Below are positions 15,290 through 26,800 of a stretch of 64,000 nt of DNA, piece by piece. Source of the stretch: Chrysomallon squamiferum (taxonomy: Eukaryota; Animalia; Mollusca); assembly GCA_012295275.1 (NCBI GenBank), contig CM022670.1, forward strand, positions 37,448,001-37,512,000, read 5' to 3'. The first letter of the stretch is position 1; each line of letters starts with the position of its first letter. The position numbers and the translations under genes are program-made. Under the pieces are notes generated by a model. It worked only from the letters and a program-made list of their open reading frames with translations, ran no database searches and had not been told where the DNA came from.

Positions 15290-15910
15290 ACAATGCAAAA
15301 ACAATTTTTGACAAAAAACAATTATTATGCAGTGAGTTAATAAAATGCATTTTAGAAAATTCAAAATATAATAATTTTAATAACAAATTGAGATTTTTAC
15401 CAAATGGTTGTGAAGAGATTTGTTTGATTAGCATGGGCTCAGAATCTAGTGACTGTTTGCAGAAGACAACCAGATTATGAGCTCACCTTAAACATGTGAT
15501 GTAGTAAATCAAATTATCAATTTGGAAAAAAAAAAAAAAAAAATATATATATATAAAAGAATATAACAAATATATAAATTATCCGTTATTTCCTACTGAA
15601 TATAATTCATTTCAAAACATCTTTATGCTTTTGTATTACTAATTATAGTTTAATAATTTATCGAAAAAAAATGTCGAAAATAAGTTCACTTCGAAAACAG
15701 AACATTCTGCAATTATTTGCGGTTCATTAACAAGAGCTACTAATTTGAAAATTTACTGTTGACAGCATTTACAAAAAATTCTGTTAAAATTTTCAAATAT
15801 TACTTTTTCTGATATTTAATTTTATTCGCTCTGTACAGAATAAACAATCCAACGCCGACAGCAGTAATGATCGCCGAATTCCTAGTGGTAAGTTTACTCT
15901 GTCCTGCCAT
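4539..15910 (-). CDS. ABCD3: Peroxisomal ABC half-transporter ABCD3 (PMP70), complete, 27 exons, 659 aa
   Basis: Hand-spliced exons (all GT-AG, phases consistent): 15910-15804, 14943-14907, 14454-14408, 14073-14022, 13692-13604, 13315-13246, 12592-12566, 12249-12179, 11739-11616, 10990-10934, 10463-10411, 10054-9965, 9736-9667, 9316-9247, 8965-8868, 8579-8488, 8056-7962, 7647-7575, 7238-7175, 6980-6903, 6683-6618, 6207-6094, 5818-5768, 5610-5566, 5350-5246, 4980-4924, 4616-4539 = 1980 nt. Motifs: [12 protein letters not shown] start, [16 protein letters not shown] (EAA-like), Walker A GPNGCGKS, signature LSGGEKQR, Walker B AILDE, C-terminus MEFGS*. An in-frame ATG at 15916 would add 2 aa. Confidence 0.97.
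12750..12831. repeat. (AC)n microsatellite in an ABCD3 intron
   Basis: Directly visible; source of the spurious HT/CV-repeat ORFs. Similar tracts at 15235-15287, 21162-21203, 38760-38793, 44050-44090, 49704-49795 and 55491-55537. Confidence 0.95.
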
Positions 15911-16241
15911 TTTCATTCCCTGGACCCTTCCGGCGTGAAGTTCATAAGTCCGAAAGATCAAAATCGCGACAAAATATTTTTGTATCATTTACAGTAATTA
16001 TACTGCCTTTATTGTTAACAACACAGTTTTTGTTTGTTTGTTTGTTTGTTTATAGTTTTTATTTTTTAAACCATTAAATAAATAAAATTAAAATAAATAA
16101 TAAAAAATAAATAGTTCATTAAAAAGAAAAAACAAAAACACACAAAACACACATATATATATATAAACAATAGATCATTAGATGTAATTAAAAATTAACA
16201 AACAGATAGACTGTAAAGGAATATAATTATTTTCACTAATA

Positions 16242-16272
<31 letters not shown>

Positions 16273-16860
16273 TTTGTAACCTAGTTTAATTATAAAGTTT
16301 TTGTTCCTTTCACAAATATATCAAAAATTAAACAAATAAATAAATATAATAATAAAAATAAATAAACCATATTTACTAGTTTATTATTATTATTAAGAAT
16401 ATTTGTAGATAGATAGATAGATAGATAAATATGTATGCCTATATATTTTTATAAAAAAAAGAAAGAAAAAGTAGGCAGTATTATAATTTTGATACTCAAA
16501 ATCAGTTATGTCACATAATATAATGTCTGATTAAAATTTTAAAATAGATATTTACTTCGCACTATAACTGGTTTATATCAGAAAACAATTTTTTCTTTTT
16601 ACTATTTTATTTTATTTTTATTTTTATTTTTATTTTCAAACAATTTTTCTAAATACGTTTATTGTTATAAGATAATTCCACCGGAGACTATTCTGATTCG
16701 AGTATAGACGGAAAAAGCCGAATAGGCTGTATTATTATGTTGTAAAGGGCCGCAATTCTGGATAGACTAACCATCCAAGATGGAGAAATAGTGAAGAAGA
16801 AATATGTGTGATAAACAAAAAGATAAATGTTAGATTGTCTTAATGACAGTGGTTTCTGTA
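15911..16860. promoter_or_regulatory. Divergent promoter region between ABCD3 (-) and the NACHT/TPR gene (+), with a probable non-coding first exon at about 16690-16857
   Basis: CpG-containing patches at 15850-15970 and 16680-16760 flank an AT-rich core. There is a YY1-like CCAAGATGG near 16775 and a donor-like CT|GTATGT at 16858. The first coding exon has its own acceptor (AACAG, ending 17832) upstream of the ATG. Confidence 0.5.
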
Positions 16861-17852
16861 TGTTTGTATTCATATAAGGATACATATGTTTGTGATAATT
16901 AACTAGATGGTAATGTTATTTATATATTAACCTTAACTTAAACCAGTGATCAATCCTTCGTTATAAATATAATTATTATGAATTTATGGATTAACTTTAA
17001 CGTTTAACTTTTCTCCCATTATTATTATCTTTATAATATATTAAAACTTTTGGGGATTTTAAATTTTATATTTATTTTTAAGAATAAAAAATCATTACAG
17101 AATGCTAATGTCTTCAGTTTTTAATCTTGTTGAGTTAAAAACAACATGAACGTCATAACAAGTTAACAATAAATACTGAAAGTTAAATAGAAAGTAAATA
17201 AAATCGGCTGATTCTAGTAGTTGTAAATATTTCATGAATTGTTAGACAGCACAGCAGAAGCCTAAAAATGCATCCTATGCATACAACAATAAAAACATGT
17301 CACTAAAACATTAACAAATTTGCATTATGATTTATTAGTAATTTTTGTTTTTACAACTGATTAATTTGATAACCATGTTAGCTATTCAGACATACGTTAT
17401 TTATTATATACTGTCTAATTTTCACTTAAAAATAAATACTGTTTTGAAATGAATAAGTATAACAAATTAGAGCAATATCAGTTTTCTGAGTTAAAAAGCC
17501 TTTTAAACAGCTTACTGGTTAAACAAATAGCATAGTTTATCCTAATATTTATTTTTAAAAAATGAAAAAAGAATTTTCTTTTGTGTGCACTTGCTTCACT
17601 GAAAAATCTAAAACATATTTATTTAATGTAATTTTTACAATAAAATAAACATAATCAGTAATTTAAGAAATTGCAAAAATTGTTAAAGTACAAAATCAGT
17701 AGTAGGCAAATATTTAATTTAATTTTTTTTTTTTTTGAAACAATATATATAAAGTATATATATATATGCATGTACACATGAAAATTTACACACATTTGTC
17801 ATTGGATACAGTTGTTTCATTTGAATTAACAGTTCAAGCATCACCTAGAAAA

Positions 17853-20800
17853 ATGGCCTGTTCAGCTTCTGACACTACCTGGACTGGTGATGTCACAAAT
17901 GTGAAGCTGTTTATTACATCTTATTCTGATGACTTCTTTGCAGAAAGGGAAATAATTCGAAAGGAGGTTTGGATAATAAATTATTCAGTAACATTATAAA
18001 TTTATAATATAACTGTAAGCAATTATTTTGTAATGTAGGTGTAGGAAATTTCTTACTTTGCCTAGTAATAGCAGTGTTACCTTATTGAAATTTGAAAAAT
18101 AAAAATGATGAGACAGTTTATATAGCACCATGATTTTAAAATACATTAACCTTTCCTTAAAACAAGCCCAAAAATTTAATTTTGTTATTTTTATTATTTT
18201 GTTATAATTTTGAAAGAATAAAAAGTAAAGAATTAAATATCTGCAGGTTGGGTAGTTAGCACACATTTATTCTCATTCAGTTTCACTTATGTGTATAAAA
18301 ACAAATAAATACTTAGCTATGTTATCATATGCCATCCAAAATAAGGATAAAATAATTTATTATTATTATTTTTTTTTAATTATTTTAAAAAAAATAGTTT
18401 TGTACAAGAATACTTTTAAATCCACTAATTTTCTTCTTTTTTTCAGGTTTTACCAGATTTACGTTCTTGGTGTGAACTAAAGAATTTGAAACTTACAGAA
18501 CAGTTTGTAAAATGGGTTAGAAGACTGAATTATGAATATATATATTTTTTTAAATTATGATGAGCAGTATTACTGTGAATGTTAAACTTTAGGTGCAATT
18601 TTAATGAAGAAACAAGTATTGCATTGTCAAGAATTTGAAACATACAAGAGAAAAAAAGTAATGATTAAATTATATTGGTTTAAAACTTAACATCATTGTA
18701 TTTACACATAATCTTAAAAAAACACAAAACAAGCAACAAACAATTGAACACAAAAACAACAACAAAAAACTTTAAAACATTTTTTTTCCACTGAGTTTCT
18801 ACATTAAATTATTATGAATGAGTTAAAACTGTTTCCTTGTTTTCCAGGGAGGACGCCATCCTGACAGAAGGAATGTGTCGGATTTGGAAAAGACTCAGAC
18901 AAGCATTGAAACCTGTTACTATAATAACATAATGCCATTGTTTATCAATATGTCTTGGTGAGATTTAGGATATTGATGACATTTTCATATATCCAGTAGT
19001 CTTTAGTTGAAATAGCAGTACACGTAACATTAAATTAATTTTGAAATATTAAATGAGTTTTATATCTGTATGAGAATTAGTGTGTTGATAAAGATATTCA
19101 TTTTTATTTGATATTGGTGATTGATAGAATTTGGATAAATAGTAATAAACTGAAGGAAAAAAAAATAATGTTCAGTATATTAATTTTAAATAAACCTAGT
19201 CAATATCATGCATTATTTATTTTATCTGTCATGGTGTGTTTTATTTATCAAGTATATTTTCTGTTTCATGGAAAGCATAAATTGTATTGGTTCAGGAACT
19301 CCAAGTATTCAACAGACTTAGGTTATGCATTGTGCCACGACTATTGCAATATGTGTATATTGTATAATTTATGTTTTATATACCCACCCTGGCTTCTCAT
19401 AACTCTAGCTAATTGTTGATATGAGAAACTGGGGTTCTGCTGGTCCCAAAACATTCCTAGGATGAAAACTATATTAAATTTGCCTGCTTAACTTCTGAAT
19501 GCTTTGTGCTAAAAAATCAGTTGCCCAGTTTTCTTTTGAAAATAGCTAGCTCGTGGATGGTATGAATCAAAATCTATTGTCTAAGCTGAGGCACATGATG
19601 GAGTAATGTATTTTGCAGTGAGTCTATTGGTTGGGTGCCAATGTGGGGAGAGTATGCTGATGAGGTTATAGAAGATTACATTGAAGCATATGGACTTCTG
19701 GTTGAAGATCTTCAAGTTCTTTATGGTGCCTATAGAGAAGACAATCTTAACTGTAAGAAAATATTTGACAGCATTTATTTAACATAATAAACAATTTTCA
19801 GTTATTTATAATTTTTATGCTTTTTATTTCATACAAATTTCATTTCAAATCATTGAAACAAAATTTTTGTCTTGTAACATAATCATTAAAAATAAAAGAA
19901 TTTAAATATATATTTATATATAGTATTTCTGTTAAGTGGTTGTTTAATACAGTGTTAGACAGAAAATTAAATTTGGAATAATTTTTTTTTTTTTTTTTCA
20001 AATGACACAAATAATTTTGTTAATATTTCAGCCATATTTCTGTTCCGAAATGACTCCTTTTTGGAAAAAGTTCCAGCAGCTGACCAAAAATATTTTGTTC
20101 AAAGAACGTCAGCTTCAGAAAAGATATGTGGGCCACGAGACAAAATATCTCAGAAGTTTCCTGTAAATATTTTTTTAGTTGTTTACTAGACAATTAAAAA
20201 TGTACCCATTTTTATGACTGTTTTCCTCAGTGTTTCCAAAATGATGGGTTAAAAAGCTTTGATACAGAGGGTTATATATATTTTTTACTGTTTGTATCAT
20301 GTCTGAATCAGGCTATTTTCAGTTGTATAGGATTTCAAATAATAGTTCTTAAAATAAATGCAGATAGTTTGAAAACTGTCTCTTTATTAAAGGAATAAAA
20401 TGAATAATGCCAGCATGTATCCAGCATGTTCTATATAGTTATTTATTTGATGATGAAACTACTTGTTTTTTAATTATTTAGGCTATCCGAATCAAACATT
20501 ATAGCTGTGAATATAAAGGACTTGATCACAGACATAGACCTCAGCTAAAACTGGAGGATACAATTAAATTACAGGTGAGATATTTCTAGATTCCTCACAT
20601 TATGTGTAGGACAATATTAGACATAACAGATGAAAATGAAAATGAATTTTAGTATTTGAAAATACCTAAAAAAAATGTTACGACAAATAAACTATATAAG
20701 CCAGATACTGAAATACAATAAATTGTATTTTATTGTTTTATAAAAATTCTATTTTTATTAACTTGCTATGGAATTTCAATAACATTCTTTTTCATACTGT

Positions 20801-21159
20801 ATTTTAATATGGCTTTTGTTTGTTTATTAATGTAATAGAAAAGAAAAATTGTTTTGAACAAAATTTATGAGAAAACTATAATCATATGACGAAGTGTGTT
20901 TTATTATGAAATAATTCATTTTTATTACAGATTTTAGAATTTTTAAAACAGAGAATAGCATATGACTATTGTGGTGAAGCCCCAGTAATAACTGATAACC
21001 CAGACAGTTTTGTGTTAGCTGCTCACAGGGAATTTCTCAGCCATAAAAGTCAATTAGTTCTTGGTAGAGACAGTGTTGTACAGAAGGTATACTCATTTTA
21101 CATATATATATATATATATATATACATACATAGATGAGTGTGTGTATCCATCTATCTAT

Positions 21160-21206
<47 letters not shown>

Positions 21207-23787
21207 TACAAACATGTATGTATGTATGTATAGGCTGTGAAAGCTATTAAAACTATATGTGTCTAGATATAAGCACGTGTGTGCATGTGTTTTTATATAT
21301 ATATATTAGTTAATAGTTTTTTTCAAAACATAACTCCCATAGGTGTTGCAGAAGGAATACAAAGAAAATGAAACTCAGTAGTTTAATGATTATAAAATGT
21401 ACTGAATCTTTTTGTGTGCATTCTTTTTCAGAATTAGATAAACTGAAACAGTTTGGTTGGTATTTTAGATGGATATCTTTTACATGTTAATTCATACTGA
21501 TTTTCTATGGGGTTTTTGTTTTCAAATTAATTTTGAAATGAATTTTGCCTTCATAATAATTGGACTAAACTGTTCATTTTTAAATAAATATGTTTTGGAA
21601 GACAAAAATAATAATTGTTGCAACATGGATTATTTACTGATATATTTCTTATGATACTTTTTTTTTAAATTTATTTATTTATTTATTTATTATTTTTTTA
21701 TTTTTTGACAGATTGAAGATTATATACTTCAAGATGAAAAGGACGTACCGTTGTTGTTGTTAGGCAGTCCTGGTTGTGGTAAATCCTCAATATTATGTAA
21801 AGCTGCTGATGTGATACTGCAGAAAGTGGAGTCGGGTGAAATTCAGGGGTAATTTCATTGTTTTGTCAAGTGTATATGACTTGTATTCATAATTCAGCAT
21901 TATATTTCTTTAAAAAAAAAAAAAAAAAAATGGAGGTGAAAAATAATATTTTAAGTCACTTTTTTGTTTGTTTCAGGGATGGAGGGAAGTCATGGCATGT
22001 GTTTTACCATTTTGTGGGAGCAGTGCCAGGTTCAACATACCTTGAACCAATGTTGAAGAGGTTGCTAAGGGAGACTGAAGTTGCCAAGGTATTATTCATA
22101 TACCTTAGTAGTTTTTTTACTGTTAATAATCCATAAGGCAGAGGACAGCTTCAGTTAAATCCTTTATTTCTGTATTGGGTTTACCTTGTCTGATTGGATG
22201 GAAATATAGTGTGTAAACTTAAAAATAGCATTTTAAAATTATTTGAATAATGTTTTTCTTTTGTTGTAGGATTCAAGCAATATGCCAAAAGATCTGGATG
22301 CCACTGCACATTTGTGTTGTAGTGTTTTATCCAATCCCAACACGAGACCTCTCATTATATTTATTGATGCACTCAACCAGGTCTGTTTAGTCTTTGCAGT
22401 ACTCAGAATAGATTTTGTGGTTTTCTCAAATATTCAACAGTATGAGTTGGCTAATTATAATATTTGTAAATATTTAACTGTCTTTACTTGAAAGGCATTA
22501 GATTTAACCAAATTTAGCATCCATTTGAATATGAGAAAAAAAAAAGAGGTAAAAATAGTAGATAAAGAATTATGATTCAGCACTTTAAAGTTGAAAAATC
22601 TACTTGAAAAATATATATTTATATATCACCTATGCATCAGACAGATGCATTATACAGATGTTTCCCAGATTCATTTATGTATCCATTTAGAGATGCATAT
22701 ATTCAGTCTTGAATATTTTTTGTTAATTTGTTAATATTGTTATTTGTGGTTACACTTTAGTTTGGGGAAGACCAAGCTGCAAGAGTGATTAGTTGGTTGC
22801 CAAGGAAACTTGCTCCTCAGGTTCGATGTATATTTTCTGTGATCAATGACACTACCCATCATACAGCTTTGATGAGCAGGGAAACCAAGTCTATAGAAAT
22901 ACATATCAAACCTCTGGATGTAGTGTCAAGAAAGGTACTTTGTCTTCTCAACCTTTCTTAGTTGAATATTCCTTTATGACTTTATAGTTGCAGTTGTAAA
23001 TATAAAAATATATTTTATGAATATTTTGACTATGTTGAATCAATTTTTTTGTGTTTTTTAAAAGGAAATTTGCTCTTTATTCAGATATAAGGTCAAAAAG
23101 AAGATATATATGTGAAACAAAATTACCACTTTTTTTGATATAAGAAAACTTTTTTTTTATCATAAGGTGTTTTTGGTGATTTCTTTTATAAATTGTATTT
23201 ATATTGTATATTTAATGTATCTGTTTATGTTCCAGTGATCCAAATAGAACAAAAGAAATTCAAAAGAAAGATTGTATTAAGAATGAAAAATTCCTTAAAA
23301 GTAGTTGAAACACAAATATTTAACAAAGACAGCAAAAATAAGCCAAAAAACACCAGAAAACTACATCAATCAGTTCTGAAAAACATTGTTACAAAAATAA
23401 TGAAATTAATAATTTTTTTTTTTTTTTTTTATATTCTTTTAGAACATGGTTAAGGACATGCTTAGTAGGAATTGTAAAACTCTGCCAGAACACCAGCTGT
23501 CACTGTTGTTAGATCATGAGTCGTCAGATAATCCACTCTGGTTATCTGTGGCCTGTGAGGAACTCTGTCTCATTGACGACAGTCAGCTCATCACAGAGAC
23601 AATTAAAAACTTTCCTGATGGCCTTTTGAAGTAAGATTATGTTTACAAATACACCTTTATACAAACAGACACACATCCACACTCCCCCTTGCTTGCAAAC
23701 AGACACCAGCTCTAACATACAGATTCGACTTATTACAGAAACAATTAGAAACTTTCCTGAAGCCTTGGATTTCAAAATTTAAAACAA

Positions 23788-23835
<48 letters not shown>

Positions 23836-26800
23836 TGGAAAGTAAATCCAACTTTAAAACAATTAAAATATATATATATATTTTTTAATAATTCATTTAA
23901 TTACATTAAATTATATTTATCATTTCAAAGATATCTTGATTAGTTCTCAAAAATGTACGAAGCTCAGGACATGTTTAACTGACTTATAAAAATATTTCCA
24001 CAGTCTTTTAGAACAATTACTGTCTCGGTTTGAGAGTGAGAGGGGAGGCAACCTAGTGGTAGCAACACTGTGTTTGTTAGAGGCCTCGGCAGCTGGTCTG
24101 CTGGAATGCGAACTGCGAGAAATACTCGGACAGGAAGACACTTTAATGCCACCATCACCGTATGATGAAAAAGGTCAGACGTCCTGGCTGTTTGTTGTAG
24201 CCATTGTTGGGTGCAAGGTGCATTGGGTTGTACATTTTTTTATTTGTGAACTGTTTTGGGTTTTTTCTTTGCTTTATTCTTTTTTTAGTTCTTAGCATTT
24301 TGGAAATTTTTAAAAATGTATTTTAATATTCATGTTGTACACGAGTGCTGCATTTAGTACTTTTAAAAATAAATGTGAATGTGATTGTAGAATATGAGAT
24401 TTTTTTTAATTATTATTATTATTATTTAGACAAATTTTAAACAGTTTAATGTATTGTATGCATGCCTTTAGGTTAAACTGCTAATTCCATACAAGAATTG
24501 TTTGTGTTTGTTTTCATTTTCAAAAATCAGGATCAAATAACCAGTTACTCACTTTTAAAAAAAAAAAAAAAACAATTTCAGAGGAAAAAGAATGTTCAGA
24601 GAAAGACAAAGTCAAACAAAGTGGCTGTCTTCCTGAATCAAAATGGCAGCGAGTGTTTACAACTCTGAAACCATTTCTTAGACCATACGGAGACAGCAAA
24701 GAAGGGCGACTTGACTTCTATCACAGAGCACTAAGCAAAGCTGTTCGCAAAAAGTTAGTAAAAGATCCATTTCACACACATTTGTTTAAATAAAAATTTT
24801 AAACAGTCAGCAGATACAAAGAGGGAAGATGCATTTTGAGAATAAGATAACAAATTTAATAACTTCTCACCTATTACTAGATCAACAAATTAAAGAAGAA
24901 ATTAGTTTGGCCTTTAGTTTGACTTTTTTTCTTTTTATTGTGAATAATTAAGTCAGGACACTGTCTTACTAAATAATGAAATTTTTTAACAACTAAAATT
25001 ATTCTATAATTAGTATTTTTCCTCGTTATAGGTACTTCCAGAAATGTGAAGATGAAGGTGATGAGGAGCATGTTTCTGAGGAAGAAAAACCTGATGCTTA
25101 TTACTGGTGGCACAAAAAGTTAGCCGATTACTTTGCACATGTTACCAACATAGATCGGAAAGTTGAGGTATTTATAATTTTCTTTTTTTTTTCTCTATTC
25201 ATCTCATTTTTTAAATTTTTTATTGAATGTTACAATCTTCTTTTCTTTTTAATTATTTTCATTCAGTCCTGTGTTTTGTTTGTTTTTACAATGTCTCTGT
25301 TCTTTTTCTTATAAATGTCTATGGTTTAAATTCATTTGGCTTTTAAAATGTTATGTTAAAATTTTCGTTCTTTTTCTCAGGAATATCCTTATCACCTTGT
25401 TTGCCTTGAAGATAAATACAGGTTGTGCCAGTGTCTGTGTGATTGGGAGACATTTGATAAATTGTATAATGATGAATATAGTTCACTTCTTCTTTCGTTT
25501 TGGAGAAAGGTAAGGAGATGTATCTGTCAGTTAATAGAACATTTTCTTTTGTCTTTTTTTGACAGGAAGATTAATCTTTTAATAATTTATATTTGGGAAT
25601 GTTAGTTCTATATTACATTATTAAACATTACACATTAGAAATTAAAAAAGAAAAACAAATGAACTAGAAAATATACATGTATATCATTTTCAAAAACAAA
25701 TTATTTAATAATTGTTTTTTATTATTTTATTTCTTTTTTTAACCTTTTGTGTATTAAGGTTGGAACGTCTTCAGAAATGATTTCACACTACGAGGCTGCA
25801 CTGAGCAAGTTCGAGGAAGACGAAACGGTTAATGAAGAATCTGTCTCAATACAGTACGAAAAAGTCTGCAGGGTTGTGTATGTGTTTATCTAGTATGTCA
25901 CTTAACATCATGTGTATTTGTTTCTTGGCACATTCCTGATGATGCCTTCTAAATCTTGTGAAAATTTTCAGGTTCTTGCTCCTTTCTTTAAAAAATAGTT
26001 TTGTCTCATTTAATTTAATTGTTTTGTTTTTTAAAGGATTCAGGCTGGCAAACACCATGAAGCACTGGAACTGCTCAAGACTGCTATGAAGATAGAGGAA
26101 ATAGAATTAGGTGCCAGACCTCATCGTATGGTGGAACTTTTTGCACTGATGGCAGAAATATATGACGAAGCAAGTTTATCTACTTTTCTTTTTTATACGT
26201 ATATTAAGTTTTATTGACTTTATTTTAGAATAAAGTATAAACATTTGTTTGTTCAGTTCCATCTTAGTATGTTGTTTATTATTGTTTTCATTCAAATGGG
26301 TTAAATTCATAACCACTGACATTTTGAAAGTCTGTTATCTTTAGCACTAATGTTATTACTTGAAAATTATTTATTAAGTTTTTCTAAAAAGACATTTTTT
26401 GCTGTTTTAATATTTTTTCGGTTCTCAGTGCTATAATTACAATTTTCTATGGTTTTTATATAAAAAAATGGTGTGAACAACTGATAAAATTCTACTTCCA
26501 GAAACTAAAGTTAAATGACTTCGTTTCTCCTTGTCAAGTTCCTGATCTGAGGAAGACAATATATTATGGCAGAAAGTCAATAGCAATCAGAAAAACACTA
26601 CCAGGCTCATATCATAAGGTTTGATTATCTACAGAAATACTGTTGTCCATACTTAACTATAGGCTGCCTTTCTTTTGAGAGGAAATAAATAGTGCATTTC
26701 TATTTCAAATGGTAGTGATGATATCTGAACATTTTTACTTGCTCTATAATAACCTTTCCTACTTTTCCAAATATATTAATAATTTTTTTTTTTTAATGAA

